Source: Fistulifera solaris
Taxonomy: Eukaryota
Direction of reading: 5' to 3'
NCBI GenBank assembly: GCA_030295235.1
Contig: AP026133.1
Location: forward strand, 1,116,001 to 1,180,000
Length of the DNA: 64,000 bases
Shown: one piece after another, positions 22,662 to 35,108 of the stretch
Position numbering within the stretch: the stretch's first letter is position 1
How the letters are laid out: each line of letters starts with the position of its first letter
Notes under the pieces: generated by a model
What the model was told of the DNA's origin: nothing
Databases searched by the model: none
Seen by the model: the letters and a program-made list of their open reading frames with translations, nothing else
Program-made: the position numbers and the translations under genes

Positions 22662-25637
22662 ATGAGTTCCCCTTCATCCTTACGGCCGGCATGGCACCGT
22701 GGGGCTTCCGGAGGCGGACGAGGATTTCAACCTCCTCCGCAAGTGTCGAATGAACGCCGCACCTCCGGCGGTAACACTCACGAAGCGAAACAATCCAATT
22801 TCAATAAGTTTGCCGCGTTAGACGATGACGATGATCCCTCTCTTTTGGAGAAGAAGACAGAAGAACGCACGGCAAACTCGCGAAGTGAAGCACTGCGCAG
22901 CACGAATAATCGATCGGACGCCACGAACGCCAAGGACGCTCTCTCGCCGATCTGGCGCGGACTTCGGAACGGGAGAGAAGCGCCAGCTACGGAAGTGCGG
23001 GCGATCGAAGTACCAGCGGAACGGCGAAAGGCATTATCAAGCCGGTGAGTGTTACTGCGCCGAATACGGAGGCACATGTCATTCGTTTCACGCGGGAAAA
23101 ACTCTTATCGATGAGACCTTCACCGAGGGCTTCGCCACCGGACGCACTGAGAGAAGTGCTGGAAGGAACCGTCATTCTTTCGGAAGCTGCACAAGACCCC
23201 GTGTGCTGGGATGTCTTTGATCCGGATACGATTTGGGCCGCCGTGGCTCGTGAACGCAAAGCCGCTCGAGGGGAACCGGATGCAGCGGGAAGGCGAACAA
23301 ACCGGAAAGACAATAGTCGTTGGCAACGCGGTGTAGCTCTTCCTACCGAGGAAGCGAAGAACCGTGAGAAAGATGCCGAAAATCCATCCGACTTATGGGA
23401 TGATCCTGTCGGGGCAGGTGCGGCAGCGGACTTTAGTGCTTTCGGTGCAATGCCAGAAGACGATCTGTTTGACTTTGAAAAAATGGCGGAAGCCACGAGA
23501 AAGTTTGAAGAGGAAATACATGGAGACAGATCTCGAGCGATGTCAGAGGTTGATGATGATCAGGGCCCTCCATCGGCTATCAAAGTTGACCCCAAGCGAC
23601 CGCTGGCTAGTGTGGGAACCACGATGCAAACTGGTACCGCAGATGAAGTCAATGTCTTTGATGATTTCGACGATCCTGTAGCAGAAAGTGCGATTCTTCA
23701 GACGGATGGTATCAAACCAGGTACCGAGGATAAAAGTGCAACATCCAAATTGATGGAGCTTATTGGTGTCACTAGGGACGACAACGCAGCCTCTAACGTT
23801 GCTGCTGTGCCACCCGTTGTCCCACCCACTGTCAATGCATGGAACAAGCCGAAAGAAGATGCTGCCGCACTTTCCCTTAATCCATGGGGCACATTACTTC
23901 CGGGGCAATCGGATAGTAAGTCTTCTGGATTTGATCTACAGGCGAGGCTTCGAGACGCGGAGTTGGAACGACAAAAGGCCAGTGAAATGGAGAGATTCCG
24001 CCAAGAGCGGGAGCACCAGCGATTACTTGAGCAACGACAAGCCGAAGAACGAGCACGAGAGCAGGCTCTACGGCAGCAGCAGGATAGCGTTCAGTCGCAA
24101 GTCGAGCTTGTCTTGTTGGAGCGCATTTCTACTGTTTTGGAAAATTCGTGGGGTCAATCAGACCTTGTGACGGTTTTGAGCGCTCTGCATGCTGAAGACA
24201 GTCGGGTCATTCCGCTTCTTAATACGACAGACGCGCTTCGTGCATTGATTATCCGGAATCCGAGGCGCGTGGCTCTTCGTCCAAACCCAGTTTTTGGAAC
24301 GGAAACACTCGTACTTTTGATGACGAATGCGCAATGGCAACAAGATCAGATTGCTAAGCAGCAGCACTCTGAAGCTATCTCCCGATCCCAGCAAGAAGAC
24401 CTGAAACGCCGAGAAGAGTTATTGCAAAGGCAACGAGCTGACTCGACGAGTGTTCCGGCTATAATTCCCGGTGCGCCTTGGTACTATTCCGATCCACAAA
24501 ACAACATCCAGGGTCCATTCCGTGGAGAAGAAATGCGTCAATGGCTCGAAGCTGGTTACTTCAAGAGCGATTTGCCCATTAGTCAAAATCAGACAGGCCC
24601 ATTCAGAGCGCTTTCGATATGGTTCCCTGATATTTCCGTTGCGTTTGTGTACGAGACCGACGGAGGGCGTGAAGACGAAAAGAAGAAAGCCATGGAGGCT
24701 GAGAAGGCTGCTGCTGCTCAGGAAGAAAAGGAGCGCCGGGAAAGAGAAGCCGCAGAACGCGAACGACTGGCTCAAGAAGCTGCTGAACGTAAAAAAGCAA
24801 GAGGAAATGGAACGTCAGGCAACAGAAGCTGGTCCTAATGAATCTTCAAACCAGCTAAAGATGATGCTTGGGCTGGGTGGTAATGCGAATCTAGGTGTAC
24901 CTTCTGCTCCACCTAAGAACGACATTAAACCCAATAAGGATGAACTGAAAGCAAGAAATCCTGCAGTAGTTGGGACACCAACGAAGAGCGCTGCTCCAGC
25001 CTGGGGACAAGCGGCAAAGCCAATTGCAAAAAAGTCGATGTCAGAGATTCAAGAGGAAGAAGCAAGAGCAGCTGCTGCCGCTGCTTCGCGACGCGAGAAT
25101 GGTCGGCCGTCTGGAAGTGGTTGGGCGAACGTAGCCGCCTCGCGCGGTGGTAGCTCGGCATGGGCTGGAGGAGCTGCCAGTCAGCGTCCTGCGGCTGTAA
25201 TCCAGAGAAGCGCTCCAGTACCGACTGTGCCAAGCCAACCCTACGCTGCGAAGCCCCAAGCCGCCGTAGCTCTATCAAATGCACAGATAGTAGCGGCGAA
25301 GCCACAGACCAACACGACTGCCGTAGAAGACTTTGGTGCACAAATGTCTCCAGCTCTTGAGAAGTGGTGCAAGGATCAGATGCAGAAGCTAAACGGAACT
25401 GATGATCTTACTCTTGTAGCGTTTTGCATGACCCTGCAAGATCCAGTCGAAATTCGTCAGTATTTGACAACGTATCTTGGCGCAACTCCGCAAGTCAACA
25501 ACTTTGCGACTGATTTCATTAATCGTAAGAACGGCAAAATGACGCAAGAGGAATGGGAAACACCTGGAGCCAAGTCGAAAGCCCGCAAAAGAAGCGCTAA
25601 GTCGACCGTAACGTCTGTAAGCCCTAATTTCCATTAA
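22662..25637 (+). CDS. GYF-domain protein (GIGYF/Smy2-like translational repressor)
   Basis: FTREKLLSMR resembles a 4E-binding YxxxxLL motif; GYF domain WYYSDPQNNIQGPFRGEEMRQWLEAGYF; KKSMSEIQEEE; C-terminal EKWC...IRQYLTTYLG...FATDF. Frameshifts near 22930 and 24795. Confidence 0.85.
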
Positions 25638-25697
25638 GTTGGTTTATGTTGGTTTACTAGAATCACTCAACTTTTTAAAAGCAGTAGGCAAGGTTAA

Positions 25698-27543
25698 CTA
25701 ATAGAAATTATCGGGGTTCAGACCTTCGGGAAACAAGCCGTCTTCAATTGTTTCTGGTATGCCTGTTCCGTCGAAAATACGAGCATTCATCTCATCGCCT
25801 CGCTTTGACGTACGCTTAGCTTGGTCTTCTGCTGCTCTTAATTCATCGAAAATAGCTTTTCGGGCCTCTTCGAAGCGTGCTGCTTTCAGTCGTTTCAGCT
25901 CGTCTGTTTCACCGTCAGTGGATGTGATCACGGAAGAGCTGGTACCCTCTATTCTCGAAGCCAATGAATCTGCAGTTGATGAGGCTTCTATTGGGACTGG
26001 ATTGGCGATCCGGTCAAGTTCTTGCAGCAAGAAGTCTGCTGCTAAAGCGGTAGCACTCGTTTCGGGCCCCGACAACTTTGTTGCTACTTGTCCATCCATT
26101 CCTAACCGCTTTTCAAGTGCTTGCTTCATGACATTTACTAGATTTCCTTGTTCTACTTGATTCCGATCCACTTTATTTGCAGCCGGTGTAGAGTCATGAA
26201 CAAGTGAAATGTCAGTGTCGCGGACCTTTCCCGTTTCTTGAAAATCCTGAGCTATTTTCAGGGCATCGTATTCTCGTCGATTGACTTTCAAGTCGGCAAT
26301 CTCGCTCCAGTCTCGTAAGCGAAGCATTGTCTCGAGCTTGTCTACACCCACTGATTGCATCGTCTTTTCGTTTTGCTTGTATACTAAACCTGTCGGAATA
26401 CCTTTTTGGGCCGCGCGGACTTGATTGGTGCGCAAAATATTGAACATCGGCCAGGGAGATCGCCGTGCATAATTCGCCGCTCCAGCTTGTTTTCCACTGC
26501 GTGCACTACCGTCACGAAAACTCCATTGAGGATGAAAGAAGACAAGCTGAATCAAGTTCTCAATTTCCAGAGGCGCCAGAGGCTGAGTCAATGTTGTCGT
26601 AAACGTATCAAAGACTTCAATTTGATCAAGGCAGAACTCGGGCGCAATCAGCAAAATAGTACTCATTTCTCTTTCGTCGCTGTTTTCCAAACGTACAACT
26701 TCTTTCCAGTATCTCGCATACATATCTTCCATGGTAGTGCTTCGATCCACATCATAATAAACATTTCCCAACGGCAATCCAGCCTTATCCGGTCCATTGG
26801 TGAAAGGACAAATTCCCATTTCCGAGCATATTTTATTGACCCACTTTTTGGAAATATCAATGATGAGATCGTCATCATCGGGTACTTTGTTTTCAATGGG
26901 AGGATATGGGTCTTGTTGAGGTCCGTCTTCGTATTCGTCGTCAATCCCTTCGTACAATTTGTCAAAATCGGTTCCATCGTCCCAGAATGGATCATAATTG
27001 AAATCGTAGTCGTTTTGTTCCGACTTTGGGTCCGCATGCGATCGTACTGTAAAGCCAACAACTTGTCCCTTTTTATCCATGTAAGGCACTAAAGATGTCG
27101 TAATTCCAAAATAGTCACAAACATCTTTGCAATTATCTAAATGAGCCATGAGTAGATTCAAGAAGCGGGCAGTGAATTTTTCTTGCATTTGTGGATAAAC
27201 GACCGTCATACTTTCCTGAAAACAAAAACGAGCATGCTGTGTGTGAGTTGATTCGATTGTTGCATTCGAATGCTTGATCATGGCTTTACTATCAATTGAC
27301 TATACTTACCCCTTTGGCCATGGAAGTCGCTTGAGCAATTTGTTGCCAAATTCCCACCAGTAATTGTGGTGTAGTGAAAGCCGGGTCACGTGGATGCCAT
27401 TCATCGTCCGAATGCACATCCATTTGTTCCGGCAACGACGACAGGAGCCGGAAACTGGGAAATGGAACAGGCTGCTGTCTCGTCACAAACGCCAATGTCA
27501 AGGGCAGCTGAGTCACGAAAACGAGGAGTGATAGAACAATCAT
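25698..27543 (-). CDS. Putative plastid-targeted protein with a DUF1415-like domain
   Basis: Signal peptide ending TLA-F; intron 27216-27309; motifs W...MGICPF, QLVFFHPQW and ANYARRSPWPMFNILR. Confidence 0.75.
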
Positions 27544-29203
27544 CTTCCGATGATAAGTCAGTATACTGAAGCAAGGTGGTCAATCAATGAGATGATGTCG
27601 AAAGGAGGCGAGGAAGAGGAAACAAGAACTTTTTTTGTGTGGTTACAACTGGATCCACTTTATTTTGGATGATTATTATTTATTGTGATGGCTATATGGC
27701 GATCATCATCGCATCCTGTTTCTGCATTATTTTATTTTTTTGCGGAAATGGAAAAGGGTGGGGTTGCGGGGACGCGGTTTAACGACGGACCGGACGACGG
27801 GTGACGGGTGGGAGCGGAAGGCAGGCAGACAGGCGCATAGAGGGCAGAAGAGCAGAGCAGATACCAGTACGTACAAAGTAGTAGGGCAATACTTTGTAAA
27901 TAAGTACCTGGTACGGTACTCCGTAATCATATCATCGCTTTCTCCGACATGATGCTTTCGTGACAAAGAACGATAATCGACACCGAATCGATATCAATAC
28001 GTAAAATTTTCAAAACATGGAGCGTACAAATGGGCTGCAGTTGTATGTTGTATGTCGATCCCCTTGTCACCAATTTTTGGGTCTCCGGCAATACATAAGA
28101 GGCAACCGGAGTAATGGTGGTATTTTTTGTAAACGTTTTGAGACCGGAAGATTGCTGCGATCATCTATTATCCCTGAGGGTTCTCATTCCGATGGGTCTT
28201 TCTTCGTTTGGATCTCAGCGTTTCGTCTTTTTTCATCAAATGGATGCCAATGTCATTCGGTTGATTGACTTTATTGAATGCTGTTGCGGATCAGAATATA
28301 CCATTATTTGTCGATTTGGTTTGTAACATCCTGCCGACGTGATGGAATCCGATCTGCATAAATGTACGCCGCTGTACGAAGCTGCTTTTATGGAACCGGT
28401 TCGTAATTGGTGCCGACCTATGTCACCACGATCAATTACCAGGGTTGACGCCGCTGTTGTTTGTCGTCGTTCACAAGCGGTGTTGCGGCCGTCGAGACAC
28501 TGCTGCAGTATCCCGAAACGGATGTGAGCAAATAATGCAGTAGGCAATACTGCTTGGCATTGAAGCTGTCAAGGAATCCCAATGGGTGGCGACCGAAACA
28601 CCTTTGCAAATTCTGCAATTCTTCCCGCAGCTTTCGTTTCTCCTTGATTCTACCCAGACGAATGTGACAGCCCTCGAATCATCGGGTGTCCGGAATGGTA
28701 CCTCTCTTGTTGCAATACGATGCGAATCCCTCTAGTAGATGCAGTGTCCATTTTGTGGTGCAAATGGCGTGTGAAGAGCACGCGATTGATTGATTGATTG
28801 ATTGATCTACTAAATTGTACGGAGTTTCCCTCGGATTTGCATTCTACCGAAAATAAATTGTGAGGAGTAAGGCTGACGGCGTGCTAAAAGTCAACGGCAT
28901 AAGGTATTCCAGAAGAAGTTGCTACTTGTTCAGGGCCTCTACAATAACAGATTCTTCACCACCATGAGTTCTGGCGTCTTAAGCTTGCACTTTAGTCTAT
29001 CGCACCATTTCTGGCTCATGTCTACCAGTGGACGCGCGCGCTACCACTAAAAAGGAAATTCATCGTTCACACTAATTAAGAATGATTTATATTTCGAAAA
29101 GAACATGTGAATCACCGGTTCGGACTTTCGAGAGCTTCGTCGTCATTTCGGAGCACAGCTTCCCGGATCAGCTTTCTGCGGAGATGGTTGCGCTGGAGGT
29201 GCA

Positions 29204-30631
29204 TTAGAAGGGGAAGTCTGGGCTATCAACCAAGGAGCAGAGGACATCCACATTTTCCTTCAATAGAATACCGGTTTTGGTGACGCTGCCACGAGCCCAC
29301 TTTGTCAAAGCATTTCCAAGCACGGCAGAGCGGTCATGGTCGGACGCGTGAGTCAAGACTCGGGCACGATTTTGGAGACGTACTGGCTCGACGATGGCCT
29401 TCGCTTTGCGATAAAGCCCTTTCTTTCCCCCGTCAAATTTGAGAACAACATCCACGTGAATGTGCTGGCGCATGAACGAAGTCAAAGTAGCTAAGTGATC
29501 CAGATCCACTTGACTTGGGACTTTTTGACCATGAACCCGGAAAATCACTGTACGGAGACTGCTCTGAGATCCAATTACCGTCAGCAGTTTTTCCCAGAAT
29601 GCGAAGAGAATATCCAAGCACCCAAGTTCTAGATGATACAGGTGTTGATTCGCCTCGATTGCTTGCAGCAGTTCCATTTGTTGTACCGCTGAGGGTGGAT
29701 CATTGCTGCTATAGATCATTCCTAGTTCCCGCAAGTCTCCGCTGCCCTGCAAAAAGTTGGTATGAAATCGGACTGGCAAGCGATGATGAAACGTCAGCAT
29801 CACTGCTCGGGGAACGACATTAAAGGGTTCGATCTTATTCGACAAGTAGCCACAGCCGAAAATGTCGTACTGGACCCGCCATGCCGGTGAAGTTAGTGGA
29901 AGAACCAACTGTGGGTTTTTCAAATCATTGCTCTTCATGATCAGCTCAATCTGGGAAACTGTACTCATTAGCGCGGAAATCATTGGAAAAGAGGAAGCAA
30001 AACGAAGTGTACCGAAGTGGGTCGTTCGCTCTGAAAGGGCTTTCACAAACGCGTTTCCTTTATCTTCAAATTGGCATGAAATATTCAGATCCATGGGGCG
30101 ATGGTGCGACGCCAAGGCAATCGATTCCTTTGGGGAGAGAAAACAAGATTCATTCAGCTTGAGTTGTCGATGTCGATTCATCTCGGTGAATGTTTCTATG
30201 AATTCCGGCGTAAGGAAACTTGTCGGGACGAACGGATCATTCGAGTTACTACGATCAGTACCAAGTTGAACCACTTTACCACCTCTGTCCTGCAAACACA
30301 AGAATTGTGCAATACAATCCGCCACGACGCTTTCTGATTTCCCATAAACGAACATAACCTTTCCTCCAAAGGAGACTCTCGCGGTTGCCCTTTGAAACGT
30401 TGCATTGATAGGAACGGTCTGTGGTAGCTTGTTGAGTAGAATAAAGCTCTCCTCGTTCATCCAGATGAGAGTACTGTTTTTCATATCTTCGAAAAGACCT
30501 TCAACACTTTTTGGGGGACAGAGTTTGCGGTAAAACTGTATCGTGCTCCATTTGGTCGCGCGAATTTGCAACATGAGCAACGTTTTCTTGTCATCGAAAT
30601 CCTCGAGAGGAATCTTTTCAAACCAAACCAT
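29204..30631 (-). CDS. Lineage-expanded hypothetical protein (RNI/LRR-like family), intact copy
   Basis: Intact 475-aa ORF. It shares motifs with the 37711-39415 gene (GNAFVKALSER vs GTAFINALANR; ILLKENVDVLCSL vs LLLSDHADVLCNFL). Confidence 0.75.
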   Translation of the reverse strand: MVWFEKIPLEDFDDKKTLLMLQIRATKWSTIQFYRKLCPPKSVEGLFEDMKNSTLIWMNEESFILLNKLPQTVPINATFQRATARVSFGGKVMFVYGKSESVVADCIAQFLCLQDRGGKVVQLGTDRSNSNDPFVPTSFLTPEFIETFTEMNRHRQLKLNESCFLSPKESIALASHHRPMDLNISCQFEDKGNAFVKALSERTTHFGTLRFASSFPMISALMSTVSQIELIMKSNDLKNPQLVLPLTSPAWRVQYDIFGCGYLSNKIEPFNVVPRAVMLTFHHRLPVRFHTNFLQGSGDLRELGMIYSSNDPPSAVQQMELLQAIEANQHLYHLELGCLDILFAFWEKLLTVIGSQSSLRTVIFRVHGQKVPSQVDLDHLATLTSFMRQHIHVDVVLKFDGGKKGLYRKAKAIVEPVRLQNRARVLTHASDHDRSAVLGNALTKWARGSVTKTGILLKENVDVLCSLVDSPDFPF

Positions 30632-30856
30632 TATGTCTTTCGTTTTTAGTTAAAGCGTGTTTGTTGATTTGTAAGGAGCAACAACTGCTAAGGAGCGTTG
30701 ATGCAATAATGAATTCCTACAAGTGTGATGATCATTTTTTCGTTTTCATCTCGCGAGAACAAAAACAGTGGGCTCGCGAAGTTGGTACCGGTGTGAGTTT
30801 TCCTTGGAACGTACCTGGTAAAGCACCTGCCCGAACAACCTTGGCTGACAGAGTGA

Positions 30857-30990
30857 ACCGTGACCGCTATGATAGAAAGTGCGTTGCCCGATTTTAGGCG
30901 TACTGCGCTTCTATTTTCGGATCATGTCGATGTGTTGCATGGAATGCTCCATTGCTCCTTGCTCGATGAACACGAGGTAATGATGATCCA
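30857..30990 (+). pseudogene. Orphan 3' fragment of the same RNI-like family
   Basis: Translates as TAMIESALPDFRRTALLFSDHVDVLHGML, matching the family C-terminus (RASSNFQYGALLLSDHADVLCNFL), with no upstream coding body. Confidence 0.6.
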
Positions 30991-31438
30991 CAAATCAAAC
31001 GACGACTTAGCATTCAGCCGCCTCGTGCTGCGGAGAAAAAGCCAAAATATTCGACATGAGATTTCAGTTATTGGCTTTCTACCATGAGCCCATTTTACTA
31101 GACTATAATATAATAACCAGTTGTCTACGATTTGTGAAGATCGCAGTTTCAAAAGTACGCTCTACTGTGTTCCAAGACTCGTGACTAACTCTCCGTAGGT
31201 GGCCTCCGACTCAAGATACCGAAAGGGTGTCCATTCTGTTCCCTTGCGATTGTGATTCTTTTCCTGAAACAGGCAAATGCTGAACATTGATTTGTCAACA
31301 CTACGCAGTAACTTGGTAGCGGGGAACAAGGACAGCTGTGACTTGTGACAAACATCTCTAGCTACTCTATCACGGAGTACAACACAAACGAAGGTAAGTT
31401 CAAGTTTGGATAACGTATTTATTTGCTTATTCGTTATT

Positions 31439-31950
31439 TTACTCCGTAGCGGTCAGAATATCCGAGTCCCCACCGTCCATAATGGCCAATACAGAGCAGT
31501 TAAAGAATTTACCGCAAGCAGTTCCCAACGCTGTGTTATCTCCTGCATAATGGTGCACTTGTGTCTTGGCCAACATGGCCAAATATTCAACTTCAGATTT
31601 TCGCAAGTGTGGGCAGTTAGAGGCGATCAAGATCATTTTAGCCTTTTGCTTTCGTAGCGCCTTGACGGCTTCCTTATATCCGAGGATCGCCTTTCCAGAC
31701 TTCATAACAAGTTTCAGACGACTGTTCATGGAGTCGGCTGACTTTTTCTATCGATACAAAAAGAAACAAGAATATGCATAGATGAGAATAATTCCGTTAC
31801 AGAAAGAGACGATCGTTTCGATCCGCCTCGTGGTGGTTGTTTGTAGAATGGCTTGCGAATAACCAAAACATGACAACCATCTCGGGCGGGCGAATGCAAA
31901 AGAAACAGCCCCCTCCGGTGTCATGCACCTACCGCTTTTTTAGAAACCAT
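31439..31950 (-). CDS. RPL30: 60S ribosomal protein L30 (eL30)
   Basis: Exon 1 (31950-31933) encodes MVSKKA; intron 31932-31748; exon 2 encodes [19 protein letters not shown]...EYLAMLAK...LGTACGK...GDSDIL. Confidence 0.96.
31868..31926 (-). promoter_or_regulatory. Putative L30e-binding kink-turn RNA element in the RPL30 intron
   Basis: The transcript reads GCAUGACACC-GGA-GGGGGC-(16-nt loop)-GCCCGCC-CGA-GAU-GGUUGUCAUGU. This gives two stems flanking a 3-nt bulge with tandem G.A/A.G pairs, and the same ACCGGAG...GAGAUGGU core as the yeast RPL30 element. Confidence 0.75.
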
Positions 31951-32433
31951 GGTGAAATAATGTGTGTGTAATTAATTGATTACAGTACTTGAAGAAAGAT
32001 GAATAGCAAAGGATGCAATTGAGACACCTTTGTTGCATCCAAAAAGACGCGGTCGCGGTCGCGGTCGCGGTCGGTTGGCCGATTTCGATTTTAGTAGCAA
32101 GGTAAGGAGTAAGGATTTGCAATTAAGTCAGAGGTACCAGGTATTGCTCTACCCTTCTTGGACTATGTAAATCCCTTTCACACAATAAGTGATAGTTCCG
32201 CATCATGCGTACACATTACACTCTAATAGTGAATCATGTACCGGTACCTGTCAGACATCGTTCGAATCGTCCCACACGTAACTGGCGTCAATCGTCGAAA
32301 ATTCGATCACGAGACAAAACGCAGCGCGAAGTAAAAAAAAGTGGCATGACAATCAACAAGAAATACAAACGATTCAAATTCATTTCTCTTTCTTCAAACA
32401 ATCTTTGATTCGAAACGATAAGTTGAGTCAAAG

Positions 32434-35108
32434 ATGGCGAACAATATGGAATCCCTTCTCATGGGAGGAAGTGACGACGATTCGGATTCCGACGTCGATG
32501 TCAAAGAAGGATCGACCGTCGCTGCCGCTGTCCGTGTGCAAGCGGCTCCTCCGCCCGTTGCTTCCCCTCCTCCGGTTCCTGCTCCTGTGGATCTTGCAAA
32601 TAGACCAAAAACTGCATCTGGCGGCTCGCAGAGTGGGGTTTCGAATCCTAATAGCAATCACGGAAGCTTGCAGCCACCGAGCGGCGGACCTTCTTCCGAT
32701 TTATCAATGCGATTGAAGAGTTTGTATAGCCCTGCCGCTAAACCGGTGCAAGCAGCACGACCAGGACAGTCTCTTGGTCAACAAATGCCTCCTACTTCGG
32801 TTCCGCAGCCGCCGCAGCTACAACAGCAGCAGCGAATGCCTGCAGCTGTCCCCATGCAACATCAAGTTATCCCTCCTCCCATACAACAACAGCATCAACA
32901 ACAACCTGCTCCAAGAGTACCGAATCAGATGCATACATCTCGTCCACAAAATGATCCTTTTGCCCCTACACCAGTTGCCGAAATCATGCAAAAGTTCAGA
33001 ACTACAATACACAGCATCGCCTGGGGCCAGTGCCCAGTCCGCACTCGACGGCCACGTCTCGATCGCTCTCTTCCGTTCCTCCACAGCAGCAGCAACAACC
33101 ACAACGACAACAGCAGCCTTCTGTATCATCGGTTGCAGGAAGCACGGCCAGCACGTACAATGCCCAAAAGGAAATGGAACTGAAAAAGCAAAAACAGCGA
33201 TTCGTACTTTTCACGCAGAATCTTATTAAGATTCTGAAAGTACAAGACCCTGGTCTTCATGAACGTGTCGGGGTCGTCATTAAAGACTGCACTGCTCGTA
33301 ATAAGCGGCAAGAACCCGGCTACGAAAGTGTCACTGTTAGTATGCAACGACGTCTTCGAGAAATTGTAAACGACAACTATTGGAAGCAAGCGCAAAATGC
33401 GACTATTGCTAGCTTTGCCAAAGCGAAGGAGAAACAACAACAACAACAACAACAGCAGCAGCAACAACAACAACAACCACAGCCAACACAGCAAGTTCCT
33501 CCGCCAGGTCGTACTGCAATAGCTGGCTCCGCAGCTCCGACTGCTTCAATTCAACAACTGAACACGGGGCTGCCTCAGCAGGGTGCAAGAACTATCGCTC
33601 AAATGACACCAGAGGAGCACGCGGCCCATGAAAGGCGCCAGAAGGAGACATTTCAGATTTTCTTGAAGATTCTTGTTAAAGTTCTCAAAGACAAGGATCC
33701 ACCCACGTTCAATCGCGTCAACACCATCATGAGAGAATGTGCAGAGCGCAACAAGCGCCACGAACCGGGATACGAAAGTGTGACGGCCAGTGTCAAGGCG
33801 CGACTCAAGGCGGTTGTTAGTAATGCATATATTGAAGAAGCCAAACGACTCACTGCAAAGTATCAGGCACAGCAGCGAAATCAGCAACAACAAGCACAAA
33901 CGCAGCCGCCACAGCGACCCGGCGTGGCGCCAGCGACAAAGGCCCAGCCAACGTCGCAAACGGCAGCGAGCCAGACTGCAAAGGCCAAACGCCCTAGTTT
34001 ATCCGCGACCGGTACTTCAACGAAAGCGACAGCTGCTGCGGCCAAGACGGCGGCAGGCTCGATGGGAAAGGCCGCCGGTAAGGCGGCAACCAAACGTCCA
34101 AAGTCGACACCGCCTGCTCGGAAACCTAGTGTCACCAGCGCTTCATCCGAGAAAGCGAACGTTACTGGTGCCAGTCCTACGAATGCCAGTCTTGTTGAGC
34201 CACAAGCCGTTCCTGTCGTTCGTGACTATAGCGAATTCATGGAAATGGTCCATCACGCAGTCAATTTTGATTGGACGACAGCAGGCCTGGCATTAGGGAC
34301 GGACTCTCTAGCAGAATTGCCGCAAGATCAGCAAAGTTTGTTGATTGATGTTAAACCGATACAGCCTCCTTTAGCGTCGGTCTTTCCGTGTCCGGGGTGG
34401 GGGGAACGCAACATTGTATCCGTGAGAAATGCATGGGCGCGAGTTCATTATTGCGAAGATACGAAGTTGGGAAGCTTCAATCGTTTGACTACCACTCCTA
34501 CCGAGGTAGATCCTTCTACCGAATGGAAGAGCGAGGAGCATGCAGAATTCAATGAACCTGTTTTGGCTGCTTTATCAGAAGGAGTGCAACAGTATTTGAC
34601 GACTGTGCTGGAAAAGGCGGTTCTATGTGCTCGTCAACGTCACAATGTTGACGGTATAAGATTATGGCATCAGCAAGTGATGGCAGCAGACGAAAAGGAA
34701 GCTAATCCGTTGTCGCTACGACTAGGATGTGACGTCTCTCGTCAATGGGCCCAAGAGCAGGGAAATGCAGCCATGACCGTGAAGCGCATGGAAGAGGCGC
34801 TTGAACGGCAGAGTGGTATTCCTAGCTATGAGCGCGAGCTGACAACCGAGACCTTGTTAGATAGCACCAGCATGACAGAGTTGAGTTTGAGGCCAGCTCT
34901 TTCGTCTAAGGCGATCGATATGGTAGATTATCACGCCAAACGAAGCTTTGAGATTTATGGTGGAAAGGATGCCGGCGAGCCCCCCTTGGGCCGTGTTCCT
35001 AAGCGAGCGAAGATCGTAGTCAGTGATTTTCTTGTCGCCCAACATTTGGGGACACCGCGTCGCTGTCACCGGGCCGCAATGGTTTCTTTTGCTACAGCAT
35101 TTTTCTAA
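32434..35108 (+). CDS. TAF4-like transcription factor: Q/P-rich, two RST-like helical repeats, C-terminal histone-fold-like region
   Basis: PolyQ tract; duplicated unit F..F...L.K.LK..DP....RV....C..RNKR.EPGYESVT; LSEGVQQYLTTVLEKAVLCARQR and KIVVSDFL resemble TAF4 conserved regions. Frameshift near 32990-33030. Confidence 0.6.
33435..33478 (+). repeat. CAA/CAG microsatellite encoding polyglutamine
   Basis: (CAA)n(CAG)n(CAA)n run, visible directly. Confidence 0.9.

Noticed and set aside
27975..28760. Fragmentary minus-strand coding-like sequence
   Set aside because: Only short interrupted ORFs with no recognisable homology; a gene model cannot be supported.
28784..28807. Short microsatellites: (GATT)n here, (GCGGTC)n near 32050 and (GAATGAATGC)n near 58011
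   Set aside because: Ordinary short simple repeats with no evidence of function.
31748..31932. Intronic snoRNA in RPL30
   Set aside because: No RUGAUGA/CUGA box pair or H/ACA architecture; the structure fits an L30e k-turn better.
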